Shown here piece after piece: positions 1-12,589 of a DNA stretch of 64,000 bases. The DNA comes from Camelus ferus (lineage: Eukaryota), in assembly GCF_009834535.1 (NCBI RefSeq), contig NC_045697.1:42286001-42350000 (forward strand), read 5' to 3'. Numbering within the stretch: the first letter of the stretch is position 1; the number at the start of each line of letters is the position of its first letter. The notes beneath the pieces were generated by a model, which saw only the letters and a list, made by a program, of their open reading frames with translations, did not search any database and had not been told where the DNA came from. The translations under genes and the position numbers were made by a program.

Positions 1-1650
1 AAGGGCAATCAGACAGTAAAAATTTTAATGCCATTTACAATAACATTAAAAACAAGGAATGCTTAGGGTTCATCTGTCAAAAGATGTAAAAGATTTGTAC
101 ACTGACAACTAGAAAAAATTGCTGAGAGAAATGAAAGAAGACTTAGACAAATGGGGGAATTTACTATGTTCATGGAATGAAAGATTCAATATTGATAAGA
201 TGTCAGTTCTCTCCAAACTGATTTATAGTTTCAATGTAATCCCAATCAAAATCATAGCATGTCTTTATATAGAAATTGATAAACTGATTCTAATGCTCAT
301 GTGCAAATGAAAAGGACCTAAATTAGCTAAAACGATTTTGAAAAAAGAGAAAACCAAGCTGGAGGACTTAGATTTGAGGATTTCCATAATTGTTATAAAG
401 CCACAGTAATCAAGACAGGGTATTATTGGTGCAAAACAATAAACCTTGCTCATTACTTCACCCTATGTATAAAAATTAGCACAAAAGATATTATAGAATC
501 AAATGTAAACCCTAAAATTATAAAACTTCTAGAAGAAAACATAGGAGATAGTATTTGTGACCTTGAATCAGGCAGGGTTCTAAGATACCACAGGAGCAGC
601 ACAATCCATACCTTTTCTAAACTGATAAATTGGACTTCATCAAAATTAAGAATGTCTGCTCTTCAAAAGACATTCTAAAGAAAATGAAAACACAACCCAA
701 GAATGAGAAAATATTTGCCCAAAGTATTTGCTAATCACAAATCTAGAGACTTGTATCTAGAATTATCTAAAGACCTCTCAAAACCTAATCATAAAAAACC
801 CTGAATTAATTAAAGTGATAGTTTGAACACACACTTCACCAAAGAAAAAGTAAAAATGGCAAACAAGTACGAGAAAGAATGTTCAACATCATATGTCATT
901 AGAGGAATGCAAATTTAAAAGCACAATGAGATATTACCAGTATATGTCTACAAAAAGTATTAAAAATAAAACAGTGATCATACCGAAGATTAGCAAGATG
1001 TGGTGCAACCAGAACTCTTACGCACTGTTGATGGGAATGTATGGTACAGTCATTTTGAAAAACAATTTGGCAGTCTCATAAAAAAATTACATACACACCT
1101 GTCTTGTGATCATCCATCCTACTCCATGGTATTCACCCAAGAGAAATGAAAGAACAGCCATACTTGAACATGAATGTTCACAGCAGCTTTATTTGTAGGA
1201 GCTAAAAACTAGAACCAACCCAAATGGCCCTAAACAAGTGAATGGATAAACAAACTGTAGTGCATCTATACAACAGACCACTGCACAGCAAGGAAAAGAT
1301 GTGAACCACTGATCCATGCAACAACTTGGATGGATCTCGGAATAATTACGTTGAGTGCAAGATGTCAGGTGAAAAAGAATACACATTGTATGATCCCATT
1401 TATGCATAATTCTTTAAAATGGCAGCTCATGTACAGTGCCAGAAAACAGACCAGTGACTGGATACAGGCTGGGAAAGCCAGGAAGGAGGGATTACAAAGG
1501 AGAATTAGAAAACTCTTGGAGGTGACAGATATGTTCATTATCTTGATTGTGGTGATGGTTTCACTGTTTATGTCAAAACTTACCAAATTGTGCACTTTAA
1601 ATACAGGGAGTTTACTGCATGCTGATTACACCTCAATTAAGCTGTTTAAG
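1..1650 (+). mobile_element. Old L1 (L1M-type) 3' part: ORF2 C-terminal remnant plus 3' UTR, running off the left edge
   Basis: ORF 119..310 (KEDLDKWGNLLCSWNERFNIDKMSVLSKLIYSFNVIPIKI) is L1 ORF2. The old L1M-type 3' end (gattgtggtgatggtttcac...cacctcaattaagctg) ends at ~1650. Confidence 0.9.
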
Positions 1651-2999
1651 ATGATAAGAATTTATAGTACCCCCAAGATGACTTAGAAAGGCACAGCAGA
1701 GACAAACCTCTACTTCCCAGGGAAACTAAACGCAAGAATGTTTCTCCATTCATGAGATAGAGGCCCTCAATCATTCCACATACATGACAGCTATGTAAAG
1801 AGACACAAATGTACAAAATTTTCTTTTTGAATCACTCAGCTGCCAGAAAGGTAATATAATGCTGAAACCCACAAATTTAGCCTCTATTAAGTACAAAGAT
1901 TTATTCTTTTTCTCATGTTAGCTCACTGAAAATTAATTAAACACATGCTAGTGGATCTGGCCTGTCATTCATTTTGCTGCTATTACGGGAGTTCTCAGGC
2001 AGCTGAGGCCACAAAGGGCAGAGATGCCAACAATTTACGTATCATATTAAGCATGTGATGACAGAATTGCTGAGCAACTTTAATTTTTCATTCCGCGTGT
2101 ACTCCAGAGGTGCAGGATAGAACAGGAAAGTGCATTTAGTATGTTCCATGGGGAAATACACCTTACAGAGCATTCCAGAAATTCCCTTATTTAAAATAAA
2201 TACAGAATCTGGGAAGAGACTCGAAATCAAAATGATGTTGCCTCTGGGGAATAGAAACAGGAAAGTAGAAGAAAGGTTTACTTTAGGAGTGACTTTTTAC
2301 ATGCTTGAAAGTTGTCATGTGAACAATTTACATTTTCAGGATGAAAAATAAATAATAAAAAATTTTAAAGGAAATACAGCTCTGCCACTGGGATTACTGG
2401 CCTTGAGTGAATCCTGAGGAATGTGTTTAGTACTAGGGCTCCCCTCTTCAGGTCAAAATAGTTCTTATTTAAATTTTTTTTTCAATTTACTACTGTTTTT
2501 ACAAATCCTATTTGACATATTAAGTTGGTGTACCACTTGCAGAGATAATTGGGGGATGGGAGATGGTAACCTTGTAATTGCAAATGAGGGTGAGATATAA
2601 ATTATTAATGCTAAGCGTGACCCCTCCCCCTGGCTATAATAGCTGTGAAAACAAGGGTTACTCCAGCAGATTGTTTTTACCAATAACTGGAGGGCTATCT
2701 TTATCCTCTTATGTAGTTGTAGCTAATTCACACTCACTTAGCATCTCTGGAAAATATTCATTATATATAGCATTAATATTAACTGCTTTCCATAGAGAAA
2801 TAAAATGTAGACTATTATCCATCCTCAGATATTTTGTTGAAAGATAATTTTCCCCTCAAGTTAGTCATTTTCTTTAAAAAACCATAAAGAAAAATTTTTT
2901 TAAACATGAAAGAAATATGTTAAATTATCCTTTACAAGCCTGCACAAACCCAGGTTATACATAATAAGGGTATACTCTCCTTACAGTACCTATGATCAA

Positions 3000-3170
3000 A
3001 ATTGGATTTTATCATTTGCTAACTCTGCAACTTTGAACAAAAAACATAATCTCTATACTACTTTCCTCAACTATAAAATGAGGACAGTAATCTATGCATC
3101 ATAGGCTTGTTGTAAGGCTCAAATTAGATATTCTACATAAGATATTAGTATGGTAGGAATTCAACTAATG
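3000..3170 (+). mobile_element. MIR SINE fragment
   Basis: tttcctcaactataaaatgaggacagtaat...cataggcttgttgtaagg resembles the MIR core. Confidence 0.65.
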
Positions 3171-3804
3171 TTCTTACCTTACACTTCAGTGTTATAAGCA
3201 GCAGACCCAGCTCAGCCAGTAGTTTTTAATAAAAGAGTTAAAACTTGCCTTTCTTCTAATGGTTGAATCTTACCAAATGAGTTTGGTTTAATGGATCATT
3301 ACTAGATCACACACATACCTATTTATATATACAGCTTTTGCATTCAGTCACTTGGGTCTTACATATCATATATTTGGAAATGCATAATTTGAGAACATTA
3401 ACCTTATAAACATATGAAAAATTTCCTGAGGAGGAGGAGTTACATATTAGCTACATAATGTGATTTTATATGTTTAAAAGAATTCTTAGGTTATAAATGA
3501 TCACTTCAATATCACAAAATTCTAAGATCCAGGAAATCATTCATAATCATTTGAGCACACTAAGACACTCGAGGAGTAATTTTATAGCATTAAGCTGAGA
3601 AGTGGCACCCTGATCCCAGAGATTTTCAGTATCTTGGTGAAAAAAGAGCCAATGTGACCAACTGTCAACCAGAAAAACTCTTATAGAGATTTTCTCCAAC
3701 CAACTCCACTGAAACACCCAATAATCAAAAACATACTTTATAAATAAATGCTCTACATAAATAAGGCATAGATACTAAACAGTCTTAAACAATTATAATC
3801 ACAC

Positions 3805-4110
3805 CATTCTTTATTCAACAAACTTGTATTAAATGCCTACCAGGTACCAAGCTTCGGAGACCCTAGATTAGAAAGGCATACTATTGTCACCCAAGAATCC
3901 ACTTACCAGTGGCTAAAGTTGTCAGACATGTAAACTGGTCGTTGTGGCAGCAGGTAACAAATGCTTTGATGAAGCAGACAGTAGACGGTAGTGCAGGAGG
4001 GGCACCTGACTCTGAGTATAGGCTTGGGGAAGTCTTTAGGGACCAGATAGTGCCTGAATTGCACACTAAAGGATGAGTAGAAGTTAGCTAAGTCCAGACC
4101 CAAGCAAGGA
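3805..4110 (-). mobile_element. L2 3' fragment
   Basis: cattctttattcaacaaacttgtattaaatgcctaccagg is the reverse complement of the L2 3' terminus. Confidence 0.65.
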
Positions 4111-4937
4111 AAAAGCCATCTAGGCAGACACCTCTAGGACCCCATCTAAATAGAGAGCAGGCTTCTGGATGAAATGCTAATGAACTATTTGAAAATCTTC
4201 CTTGTTGATATTAATAAGAAAGCCTGAAAGTGAAGCACAATTTCTTTGGGGTCTGAAAGCCTATTCCCTTACCATCTTGAAACTGTAAATATGAGCTGCT
4301 ATAATAAGACTGAGAATGTCATGTAAGGCAATTCAATCTTTATTAATTCAAAATTGTCAGGTACCATATTTCAAGAAGCTGTATCAGCAACCACCAACAA
4401 CCAATATAGGCAAGTAAAATTAGAAGATTTACTTCATGAAGAGAAAGCTTGGAGTATATTAACTAAAGAAAGAGTATGCATCCAAATGAACTCATTAACA
4501 AGAACATAGCAGCTGCCAGATTACTACTAAAAAATGAAGAGCCCATTGAAATGTAAACCACGGAAGAAGAGAATTGGACAAGTGGTAAAAAGCACAAGAA
4601 TGTTCTCTAAAAAGATTCCAAAATTACTTTAATTGGCATTACTTAATTTAAAAGAATAAAGCTTCCCTCAATACGAGAAGCTCTCATACTAAAGCAGAGG
4701 TCCAGTTTTATACATACTGTTTTTTACATTCATTCAATTGGGCTTTATATATTCAGTACTGGATGCATTTTAAACAACTCAAAGCACCAACCGTCATAAG
4801 TGACCAAATCAATCCAGGTGTTTTAACATCCCATAGGCATAGATACTGGGTTTATTAGATGAAGAATCATATCGGGGTAAAATCTGAAATTTCCCCACAT
4901 CTCTAAGAAATCATCATTGACATTAACAAAATTTGCT

Positions 4938-5527
4938 CCATTGTATAAATATACCACATCTTCTTTATCCAGTCACCTGTTGATGGACATTTAGGCTGTT
5001 TCCATGTTTTGGCTATTGTAAATAGTGCTGCTGTGAACACTGGGGTGCAGGTGTCATCCTGATATTTATACAATGGAATACTACTCAGCCATAAAAATTG
5101 ACAACATAACACCATTTGCAGCAACATGGATGCTCCTGGAGAATGTCATTCTAAGTGAAGTAAGCCAGAAGGAGAAAGAAAAATACCATATGAGATTGCT
5201 CATAAGTGGAATCTAAAAGACAAAAACAAAAACAAACAAACAAACAGCAACAACAACAAAAAAGCTTAAATACAGGACAAAAATAGACTCATAGACATAG
5301 AATACGGACTTGTGGTTGCCAGGGGGGTGGAGGGTGGGAAGGGATAGACTGGGATTTCAAAATTGTAGAATAGATAGGCAAGATTATACTGTATAGCACA
5401 GGGAATCACAGAGGAAAAAATGTGATAATGAGTGTGTATATGTCCATGTATGACTGAAAAATTGTGCTGAACACTAGAATTTGACACAACGTTATAAAAT
5501 GATTATAAATCAATAAAAATGTTAAAA
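4938..5527 (+). mobile_element. Young lineage-specific L1 3' end with a 5' inversion (4938-5060 inverted, 5061-5527 sense)
   Basis: The minus strand reads CTPVFTAALFTIAKTWKQPKCPS (L1 ORF2 end). Orientation flips at 5061, and the 3' UTR ends in aatcaataaaaatgttaaaa. Confidence 0.9.
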
Positions 5528-6069
5528 TTTTTTTGCTCTAAAAAATCTATGCTGATGTGCAGTATCCCAGTTATCAATAAATACAGGAGATTCTCTTTGT
5601 CTAATAATCATACCCTTTAAAATGATAATTTCCTTTTAGACAGCCAGATCAATGATCATATCTTGCAGTCATCTTCTTAAGTGATAGCTTCTTTTTATTT
5701 GTTTATTTGGCAGAGGGAGGTAATGCAGTCATCTTCTTATAATGCATATTCTGAACATGTTTTGCTGTGTCAAATTTGTATATTTTTCTTCAGTATAAGA
5801 GTATTCACTATTTGCCAGCATGCAGGAGAAAATTTATAATAAAATCCAGTATTGCTTTAAGTTTATCCCCCCAATATGATTTCATATTTGTTGTTTGAAA
5901 CATTATAAAAATAATTTCTGTTCACACTGGCCTGCATTGAAGAATATATTATAAACAAAAAAAAAATTTCCATGGAAAGATAAGACATAGAGTGAAAATC
6001 AGCATTTGAGTTAAATCTTGTCTATAAGTTTGAGGAAATTATGAATCTGTTCAAGATAGGGCATAAAAA

Positions 6070-9000
6070 GATTGTGAACTCACCACACCCCCACCCACAC
6101 ACAGAGATACAACAAATCTACAAGCGCTTATGGAATAACTCCCTTGGAAAGATACTTGAAAATTGTATCAACAGAGACTCTACAACAAAATGCAAAAAAA
6201 AAGCATGGAGGTGGATAGGAGAGGCAGAGATACAGGCTCACCAAGGAAAAACTCACACCCAGGTTGAAGTAATTGACAATCAGGAGCACAAAGGTACAAA
6301 GGTTTTCCTTGAGGAGAGAAAAATTCAAGCTCCACATCAAGCACCTCAAACCCTAGATCCTTCACAGGAGAGATGAGCCCCCAAAACACCTGGCTTTGAG
6401 AACCAACAGGAATGTATCTAAGAAAACTATAGAACTGTGGGAAACAAAAAAAAATCTGCTCTTAAATGATCCCAACAAAGCCTTGCTTGACGCAAAAAAA
6501 AAAAACACTACAAAAACACAAGATTGAAAATTATATGGACAATAGGTTAAGGGGACCCACTTACCAATCTTGAAGAGTCTGCTGGGGAGGCAGGAACAAG
6601 TTGGGATGCTCCTCGGACACTAAGTTGCTGGCAGAAGCCATTTATGCGATCTCAGGCAACCTCTTTAATACCAACAGTGGCAGGCACAATTTTTAAATTC
6701 TCCACATTAACAGCTAGTGGCAGTGAGCATGCCACCATGAAAGAACCACCCACTCCTGCACCTAGATCAGTCTCACAGCTCACCAAGCAATAGCCATCAC
6801 CACCAATACCCCATAGTAACAGTCGCCAAGCCCCACAGCCAGTCTAAGGGCCAGAACTGCCTACCAGTGCCCCACTGCAGACTCAATCCCACCACAACAA
6901 GAGGGAGGACACAACCCACATAGGGACACCCCTGAGCATCTGGCTAGGCTGAACAGGCAAGACTGTGCTTCTAAGCCCCACAGGACACCTTCTAAATAGA
7001 GCCACTCCTTCAAGACTGGTAGAGATAGCTGATACTCCTAATACATAGAAATAAACAGAGAGAAACAGGTAAAGTGAGGAGATAGAGGAGTATGTTCCAG
7101 TCAAAAGAACAAAACAATACCTCAAGAAAAGAACTAAACAGAATGGTTTACCTGATAAAGAGTTCCAAATAATGGTCACAAAGATGTTCACTGAACATGC
7201 AAGAAGAATGGATAAACACAGAACTTCAACAAAGAGAGAGAAAATATAAGAAAGTACCAAACAGAAATTATAACTTAACTGAAAAATACACTAGAGGGAT
7301 GGATGAAGTAGAAGAACAAGTCAGTGAGTTAGAAGACAAAACAATGATACTCACCCAGACCAGCAAAAGGAAAAAGAATTTTTAAAAAATGAAGATAACT
7401 TAAGAGACCTTTGGGCCAACATCAAGCAGAATGACATTCATATCATAGGGGTCACAGAGAGAAGAGAGAGAGAAAGGGCCAGAAAAACTACCAGAAGAAA
7501 CAGGGGCTAAAAGCCTCCCTAGGCTGAGGAAGGAAACAAACATCCAGGTCCAGGAAACCCAGAGAGCTTCAAATAAGATAAATCCAAAGGAACACATGTC
7601 AAGACATATTATAATTAAAATGGTAAAAGAAAAAATTAAGAACAAAGAGAGAATCCTAAAAGCGTCATGACAAAAACAACTTGTTATGCACAAGGGAAAC
7701 TCTATTAGGCTAACAGCATATTTTTCAGCAGAAATTTTGCAAACCAGAAGACAGTGGCATGACATATTCAAAGTGCTGAAAGAAAAAAGCTTCCAATGAA
7801 GAATTTTCTAACCAGTAAGATTGTCATCCAGATTGAAGAAGAGAGCAAGGGTTTTCCAGATAAGCCAAAGCTGAAGGAGTTCATTACCACTAAACCAGCC
7901 CTACAAGAAATTTTAAAGGGATTTCTTTAAGCTGAAAGGAAACAGCATTAATAATAAGAAAACATACAAAAGCAAAAATCCCACTTGGTTAGGCAAGTAT
8001 ATAATAAAGATATATTAAAGTATATATAAAGATCATTCACTTAAAAAGCAAGCATGAAGGTTTAAAGACAAAAGTAGTAAAATTACTTAAAATTACAGTA
8101 ATTCAGTAAAGTCACAGGATACAAAGTCAATATACAGGAATCTGTGGCCTTTCCATGCACTAATAATAAACTATTAGAAAGAGTGATTTACAGTCCCATT
8201 TACAATTGCATCAAAAAATAAAAGAAAATGAAATACCTAGGAATAAATCTAACCAAGGAGGTAAAAGACTTATACTCAGAACACAATAAGACACTAATGA
8301 AAGAAACCAAAGATGACACAAACTAATGGAAAGATACTCCAAATTCATGGACAGGAAGAATTAATACTGTCAAAATGTCCATGCTACCCAAAGTAATACA
8401 CAGATTCAATGCAATCCCTATCAAAATTCCAATGGTATATCTTACAGAACTAGAATAAATAATTCTAAAATTTATATAGAACCACAAAAGACCTCAAATA
8501 GCCAAAGCAATCTTGAAAAAGAACAGCTAGGCTAGAGGTGTCACATTCTCTGATTTCAAACTATACCACAAAACTATAGTAATCAAAATAGTTTGGTACC
8601 GGCACAAAAAGACACAGATCAATGGAATAGAATTGAGATCCAAAAATAAATCCACAGATATATAGTCAGTTAAATTACCTCAGAGGAGCAAAGAACACAC
8701 AATGGACAAAGGACATTCTCTTCAATAAATGGTATTGGGAAAACTGGACAGCCACAAGCAAAAGAATGAACCTAGACTATCTTATTCATACAGAAAAATT
8801 AACTCAAAATGAATTAAAGACTTGAGTGTAAACCCTGAACTCATACAATTCTTAGAAAAAACACAGGCAGTAACTATTGACTTTGGTCTTAGTTATGTTT
8901 TTGTGGATCTGACTCTAAAACTAAAGGAAACAAAAGGAAAATTAATCAAATTGGACTGAAACAAACTAAAATGCTCCTGCACGTTGAAAATAAAATCATC

Positions 9001-9664
9001 ACGAAAATGAAAAAAGCAACCTACTGAAAGGGAGAAGATACTTGCAAATTATATACATATATATAATCCAAAATATATAAAGAACTCATCAACTCAACAA
9101 CAACAACAAAAAACCCAGACAACTTGATTTAAAAAATGGGCAGAGGATCTGAACAGGTATTTTCCCAAAGAAGATATACAGATAATTCCCAAGAAGCAAA
9201 TGAAAAGTTTAACATCACTAATTATTAGGGAAACGTAAATCAAAGTTACAAAATACTACCTCATACCGATCAGAATGGCTATTGTCAAAAAGACAAAAAA
9301 TAACAAGTGCTGGAGAGAAGATGAAGAAAAGGGAATCTTTGTACACGGTTGGTGAGACTCTAAATTGGGCTAATCACAATGTAAAATAGTATGGAGATTT
9401 CTCAAAAAAATTAAGACTAGAACTACCGTAGGACCCAGCTATTTCACTTCTGGTTATTTAACTGAAAAACACAAAATCACTAATTCAAAAAGGTATGTGC
9501 ACTTCTATGTTCACCTTAGCATCATTTACAATAGGCAAGATAGAAAACATCATCAATGGATGAATGGATAAAGAATGTGTTGTGTGTGTGTGTGTGTGTG
9601 ACTACTACTCAACCTAAAAATAAATGAAATTCTGCCATTTGCAACAACATGGTTGGATCTTGAA
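6070..9664 (+). mobile_element. L1 with 5' UTR, decayed ORF1 (~7090-7930) and the C-terminal part of ORF2 (~8100-9600); endonuclease and most of RT deleted; 3' end missing
   Basis: ORF1-like text (gagacctttgggccaacatcaagc, ctattaggctaacagcatatttttcagcagaa). At ~8100 the sequence jumps to ttcagtaaagtcacaggatacaaagtcaat (FSKVTGYKVN, post-YADD ORF2). It ends abruptly at gcaacaacatggttggatcttgaa. Confidence 0.9.
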
Positions 9665-9801
9665 CCAGGTATCAAATTCATAAGACATTAGGAAGTTTTC
9701 CTCTACCAGTAAGCCAGCAACCATTGGTTAGACAGCTTCAAAAAAAAAATCTTCAGTTACTTAGCAATATGACACCTTTATTTGAAAATTCTCAATAGAA
9801 T

Positions 9802-11373
9802 ATGGCAGAAACAGTGCACTCACAAAAAGAAAAGCAGTGCTACATTACAATGGTTTTTGTTACCATTTCCCTTTCTTTAACAGAGATATAAGTAAAAAGG
9901 ACCCGTGCTGTGAAGAGAGGAGAGTCTGCAAATGCTCAACACACAGTTAGTCAGGATTTGGATAACATTATAATCATTCAAAATGGGACAGGAAAACATC
10001 AGTACAATGTTGGGGTTGAAGGGGAAGTTAGAAAACCCTGAATCAGATAAAACAACACACAGAAAAAGAATCAAATGCAAGGCCATCATAGGTACTTCAC
10101 AGAACTCTCTGTGATACCATGATGAGGAAGTCTTGTTAATGCTACCAGAAAGAAACTCATTAAAGAGTCAATTAAATAGAATTCAAACCAGACATGGACC
10201 CCTAAACCCAACTTCATCACATGGAATTGAAATTTCAGAGGCGTCTAAAGTGACCAGATGTGCAGAACCATTTCTCATGAACAGTTCCACTGCTCAAGAT
10301 GATGAAGAATCCTTATTTACACAACTTATGACAATATTCAATACTTAAGTGCTATTACCACATTATGCACTGATGCCACCTTCAAGATAGCACCAACACA
10401 GTTCACTCAGTTATATACTTCACACAGTGTAGAACTGGATTATACTATACCTTCATCTATGTACTAACAATGAAAGGCCAGATGACATAGATAGATAGAT
10501 AGACAGACAGACACACACACACACACACACACACGTATATACAGTATATACATATGTATGCATATAGTACACACACACACACACATATATATGAGGAAGT
10601 ACTTGTATTTGCATAGGAAAGAAATCTTGATGTCAACCCCTCATTATGCATGATGGATTTTGAGATTGCTAATACAAATGCAATTTGACTACTCCTACCA
10701 AATGCATAAGTAAAAGGATGCTTGTTCCATTTTTCACAATAACTGTGGTGAAAAAATATCTTCTTTGGGTCTACCATGCAATTATAGGATAACAGAAACA
10801 CCCATAAATGTCACTTACGTAGGTGCATCCATGTTGTTTGGACTTCCATTTGTGCCTTTGGAAAATGTAAATGAAATTTTTGAGCACATTGTGGATAATA
10901 CAGAAGAAAAGCTAGATTACCTAATGGATTATGTTGAAAGACTATATGTCCATGGAAGGCATGACAGAGGCAGAAGAAGACCAGAAGTTCCAAAATTTCC
11001 ACCAGAAACTTGAAATGTTTATACATCAGTACTGAATGGCAATCACAGGATGAATAATGCAGGGGAAGGCTGGCTCAGAAAATTTCAAAAGCTGATAGTA
11101 GTGCTTTATCCTTCAATTTGGAGATTTACTGAAGTGTTAAAAGATGAACAGCAAAGCAATGAGCAAGTTATCACCAGGTTCTTTCTAGTTATTCTCAGAT
11201 ACAATCATCAACTTCATGACAACACCAATAAAATCAAATCTGTATAAATGAAATTGTTACAATGAATGAATGAATACAAAGCCAGTAATCTCATTTTTAT
11301 GTACTTAAGAGCAATTGCTCATTGACTTAAGCATAACCCTGATGAACTGCATGACAAAGAAGAACAAGAATAA
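9802..11373 (+). pseudogene. Decayed FLYWCH + MULE DDE transposase
   Basis: Frameshifted translation gives MAETVHSQK/AVLHYNGFCYH...CCEERRVCKC (FLYWCH-like); LPERNSLKSQLNR; CTDATFKIAPTQFTQLYT (D, 10372); MMDFEIANTNAI (D, 10656); KGCLFHFSQ (CxxH, 10719-10730); LPFVP; PKFPPET; RMNNAGEGW (E, 11065); YLRAIAH. Several stops and frameshifts. Confidence 0.85.
10487..10592. repeat. Compound microsatellite (GATA/GACA/CA/TA) inside the MULE transposase
   Basis: Directly visible. Confidence 0.9.
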
Positions 11374-12589
11374 ATGTGAAATACAAAATTCATCATGAAG
11401 TACAAAGTACACTTTAACAAAGTTAAGTGTTCGTATTAGTTAATGAATCATGGACCAAATGTCCCAAATGGATGTTTTGGACAGGACCATATTTCAAGGA
11501 CCTTTTGGCATGAACCAAATGTCTCAATGGACATTTTGGACAGGATCAATGTCATGCACGGTTCACTTTGCTGACTTATACCTTCAAATGAACATGCCAT
11601 GTCTCTAAAACTGTATGTTGTTACAAGCCCATGACTTCTATTTTCTTAATGCCCCACAGCACCTGGCAATGTTCTATAATTAGCAAATGATCTATAATCA
11701 TTAATAGTCTGTTGGCTAAACTTTTCTAAATTAAAATTAAGCCCATCATCCATCTTATGAAGTGTTAAATACTTGGCAGGAATCCAACGTGCTCAAGGAA
11801 GAGCTGTTCAGTTCTAGTCACTCTGCCAGAACTTCATTTTGACACTCGTATCTCTGTTAAATAACAGAATGAGGACATTTATGGATTTAACTGTTTCATC
11901 TAGGGCTGTTGGAGAGTTATCCTGAAGGTCCATGAGACACTGATTTGTCATTTTTCTAAGGTACAAATTTAATTTCTTTAAAACCATTGCAGAAGGATTT
12001 TTCTGACTGCTGAACTCTGAATTGCAGCTATTTTATTTTAAGCTACTCATCCTTGTATGACTTACTTTGGAAGTATTTATGATTTAGGAATTTCAGACAA
12101 GTCTTAGGATGCAACCCTCACAGATATCTCCCACATCATTTCTTGTCACCGTCTTCCAAGCCTCACTCACAACTACTACAGTACATACATACCATTTATT
12201 CTCAGTCATACATTACAAATTAAAGACCTTCAACCTTTCTCCACCATCTCATGCCTACATCCTTTTACAATAAAAAGTCATTTAAAAGATTTAAACAGAG
12301 AAATAGCATGAACAGAACAATGTTTCATAAAGGACATTTTGAAAGGTTAGTTTCCAATTAGGTTTAATGAAGTAGCTTGCTGCCATGCTCTCATTGTTCC
12401 ACGAGCATATCTGCCAAAAATTTCAGGGACAGCAAAACACACATCTTCTCCATCCAAATTTTGAACTCTTCTTTAACTATTTGTCCTTTTCAAGATGCTT
12501 AAAATTAAATGATTCTACTATTTTCAATAACATCATTAGAAACTTTCTCTTCTAGGAAAGAAAGATGGGAACAGATTTTTTTCTTTTAA

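Larger units (their letters stand above)
9665..11566 (+). mobile_element. Fossil Mutator-like (MULE/MuDR, FLYWCH-containing, Phantom-like) DNA transposon
   Basis: Decayed transposase at 9802-11373 plus tandem subterminal repeats at 11449-11566. The left boundary is uncertain. Confidence 0.85.
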
